A stretch of DNA of 62,000 nt, taken from the NCBI RefSeq assembly GCF_004010195.1, contig NC_057718.1, positions 98,304,518-98,366,517 on the forward strand, written 5' to 3'. Below, in pieces: positions 61,738-62,000 of the stretch; positions within the stretch are counted from its first letter, which is position 1; each line of letters begins with the position of its first letter. Source of the DNA: Chiloscyllium plagiosum. Taxonomy: Eukaryota. The position numbers and the translations under genes are program-made. A model generated the notes under the pieces. The model searched no databases, was not told where the DNA came from, and saw only the letters and a list, made by a program, of their open reading frames with translations.

Positions 61738-62000
61738 ACACCAACAATCCAGCCAGCTGAGCTAAACCAATTCCCTTCACTAACTAGCCACCACAGTAAC
61801 TGAAGAAAACATATGATCTATCAAGATTGAACACAAAAGGTGCTGGAGATTGGGTCACCTAGGCTCGAAATGTTTGCTTGCTTTCTCTCCATAGTTGCTG
61901 CCTGACCTGCTGTGATCTCCAGCATTTTTGTTTTCAGTTCAGATTCTAGCATCTGTCACACCAGATTTCATTCTGGGCTCTAACATGTTTGACATGTCCA

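Larger units (their letters stand above)
60800..62000 (+). mobile_element. Probable LTR interrupted by a SINE and PLE pieces
   Basis: 3' part matches the reverse complement of 10870-10935; left boundary is uncertain. Confidence 0.4.

Overview
Vertebrate genomic DNA, almost certainly an elasmobranch (shark): it carries many HE1-type V-SINEs and elasmobranch-style CR1 LINEs. The window lies inside the 3' part of the phospholipase C beta 4 gene (PLCB4, + strand). Six exons encoding the distal C-terminal coiled-coil were mapped with consistent phases: 1273-1348, 6517-6692, 18230-18331, 20673-20730, 24668-24754 and a 37-nt cassette exon at 27952-27988. One intron has a non-canonical GC donor. The terminal coding exon was not found in the remaining 34 kb. 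The introns are dense with decayed mobile elements: CR1, Rex1/Babar and L2 LINEs, three tRNA-SINE families, a fragmented Ty3/Gypsy fossil, probable solo LTRs and many Penelope-like element (PLE) pieces. The most notable non-genic signals are: (i) more than ten minimal hammerhead-ribozyme cores, including one structurally complete copy, carried by short TSD-flanked or fold-back PLE derivatives; (ii) a 243-bp, about 98% identical inverted duplication; (iii) a PLE with about 1-kb inverted arms; (iv) a 36-bp minisatellite seeded from an L2 coding motif; (v) a multi-level nested insertion stack. All long ORFs in the supplied track are repeat or gap artefacts. Everything was read by eye; repeat boundaries are approximate and family names come from recalled motifs, not searches.
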